Both the position numbers and the translations under genes were made by a program. A stretch of DNA of 64,000 bases from an uncultured Actinomycetota bacterium (GTDB lineage: Bacteria; Actinomycetota; Actinomycetes; JAHEKZ01), in contig CAWGPZ010000006.1 of NCBI GenBank assembly GCA_963824605.1, forward strand, positions 193,191 to 257,190, written 5' to 3'. Shown piece after piece: positions 62,947-64,000 of this stretch (the first letter of the stretch is position 1; the number at the start of each line of letters is the position of its first letter). Under the pieces are notes generated by a model that worked only from the letters and a program-made list of their open reading frames with translations, ran no database searches and was not told the origin of the DNA.

Positions 62947-63024
62947 GCCTCCGACCACCAGGTGCGCACTCGACGTCGAAATCTGACAACCAACTGAGCA
63001 CTCGGCGGGCGTGTGGGGCGACGG

Positions 63025-63828
63025 TCAGCCGATCCGCACGATCTGGAAGGCCTCGGCGAGTCGCCCCTCCGGCAGATCGAAGCGCTGTGCGACGGCCTCG
63101 CCCCATCCCCGGAGAAACGTCTCGAGGTCGTCCATGTGCGCCGTCTGGGACTCATGGGCGCGAAGGGCAGCGATCTTGATGTCGAAGGTGTCGGTGATGT
63201 CGACAGGATGGGTGGGATTGGGTCCGGCCATGACCCACACCTCGTCGACGGTCCAGGCGTCGAGCCCCTCGTCGCGAAGCAGTGACGTGTGGGCAAAGGG
63301 ATTCCTGGCGTCGGGGTAGACCGCCTGGATCGCGGCCTCACCGGCGGCCAGGTGGTCCGGATGGGAGGCCTGAATCCGCTCCCAGTAGCGCTCGGGTGAC
63401 TGGATCAGCATTCGCCGTGGGCGCACCTGCCTGATCACCCGGCTGATGTCGCGGCGTAGGTCGTGCGAGACGGTCAGCTCACCGTCTCGGTAGCCGAGGT
63501 AGACGACGTCAGCGGCCCCCCAGTGCGCAGCTGCGGCTCGCTGCTCGGCGCGCCGAATGCCTGGTATGTCCGATCTGGGGACAGTCGGGTCGAACCCGCC
63601 GGCGTTACCGTCGGTGATCACGCAGAGCGTCACCTCGATTCCCTGCTTCGTCCACTGCGCCAGAGTGGCGGATGCGCCGAAGTCGACGTCGTCGGGATGC
63701 GCGGTGACCACAAGGACGCGCTCGATCTCTGCGTCCGGGATGGGTTCGGCCACGAGGGCTCCTCCTGCGGGATCACGGCCGCGTGGCCGGTTCTGGGTGC
63801 TCCGATCGGGTGATCGCCCCCTCGCCAT
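63025..63828 (-). CDS. PIG-L/LmbE-family N-acetylglucosaminyl deacetylase (MshB/Mca-like)
   Basis: VVTAHPDDVDFG motif and downstream His/Asp ligands. The true start may be the internal GTG at ~63753. Confidence 0.8.
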   Translation of the reverse strand: MARGRSPDRSTQNRPRGRDPAGGALVAEPIPDAEIERVLVVTAHPDDVDFGASATLAQWTKQGIEVTLCVITDGNAGGFDPTVPRSDIPGIRRAEQRAAAAHWGAADVVYLGYRDGELTVSHDLRRDISRVIRQVRPRRMLIQSPERYWERIQASHPDHLAAGEAAIQAVYPDARNPFAHTSLLRDEGLDAWTVDEVWVMAGPNPTHPVDITDTFDIKIAALRAHESQTAHMDDLETFLRGWGEAVAQRFDLPEGRLAEAFQIVRIG

Positions 63829-63875
63829 GGTAGGCAGGTCACTTCAGTGCGGCCTACCGGCCGCCGAACGTACCC

Positions 63876-64000
63876 ATGATGCCTACGATGACGCGCGCCC
63901 TGCGACTGCCCGTGCACCTGGTGCTACTGGCCCTGCTGGCGACCCTTCTTCCCCTTGTCCTCACCGTCCAGGCGGAGGCGGCGCCACCCCAGCCGGTCGC
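63876..64000 (+). CDS. Secreted protein, N-terminus only (signal peptide; runs off the window)
   Basis: MMPTMTRALRLPVHLVLLALLATLLPLVLTVQAEAAPPQPV.... Confidence 0.4.
   Translation, partial: MMPTMTRALRLPVHLVLLALLATLLPLVLTVQAEAAPPQPV

Noticed and set aside
63829-63860. Inverted repeat ggtaggc-N17-gcctacc upstream of the PIG-L deacetylase gene
   Set aside because: Short 7-bp stem with a long loop in a divergent promoter region. There is no basis to assign a function.

Overview
This is a high-GC (~70%) actinobacterial chromosomal core segment, almost entirely coding on the + strand. It carries the complete S10-spc-alpha ribosomal protein superoperon, laid out as tuf 3' end, then rpsJ through rplO, secY, adk, map, infA, rpmJ, rpsM, rpsK, rpsD, rpoA, rplQ and truA. 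After that comes a ~7.3-kb accessory island between truA and rplM: a four-gene module of unknown function built around a divergent ECF sigma factor, plus an orphan carbamate kinase, an ABC-F ATPase and an MFS transporter. Downstream lie rplM-rpsI-glmM-glmS, a UbiA prenyltransferase, acpS, nnr, alr and the t6A genes (tsaE-tsaB-rimI-tsaD). Next come groES-groEL behind a recognisable CIRCE/HrcA operator, a convergent WhiB3-like gene, and a MerR/TPR-like/orphan LuxR/SigD-RsdA-like block. The anti-sigma gene in that block contains a near-perfect 5 x 39-bp coding tandem repeat. The purine genes guaB, guaB3-like and guaA follow, interrupted by an asymmetric heterodimeric ABC exporter. Several decayed elements are present: a sigma/anti-sigma remnant after guaA, a fragmented methyl-accepting chemotaxis protein gene, and a PspC/LiaF-like gene spread over three frames. 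That last gene sits divergently from a PspC-domain histidine kinase and a LuxR response regulator, which together form an envelope-stress module. No rRNA, tRNA, CRISPR or obvious transposase was found. The synteny (whiB3-groEL1-tsaD-alr; rplM-glmM-glmS; mycothiol-type PIG-L deacetylase) points to a non-mycobacterial actinomycete.
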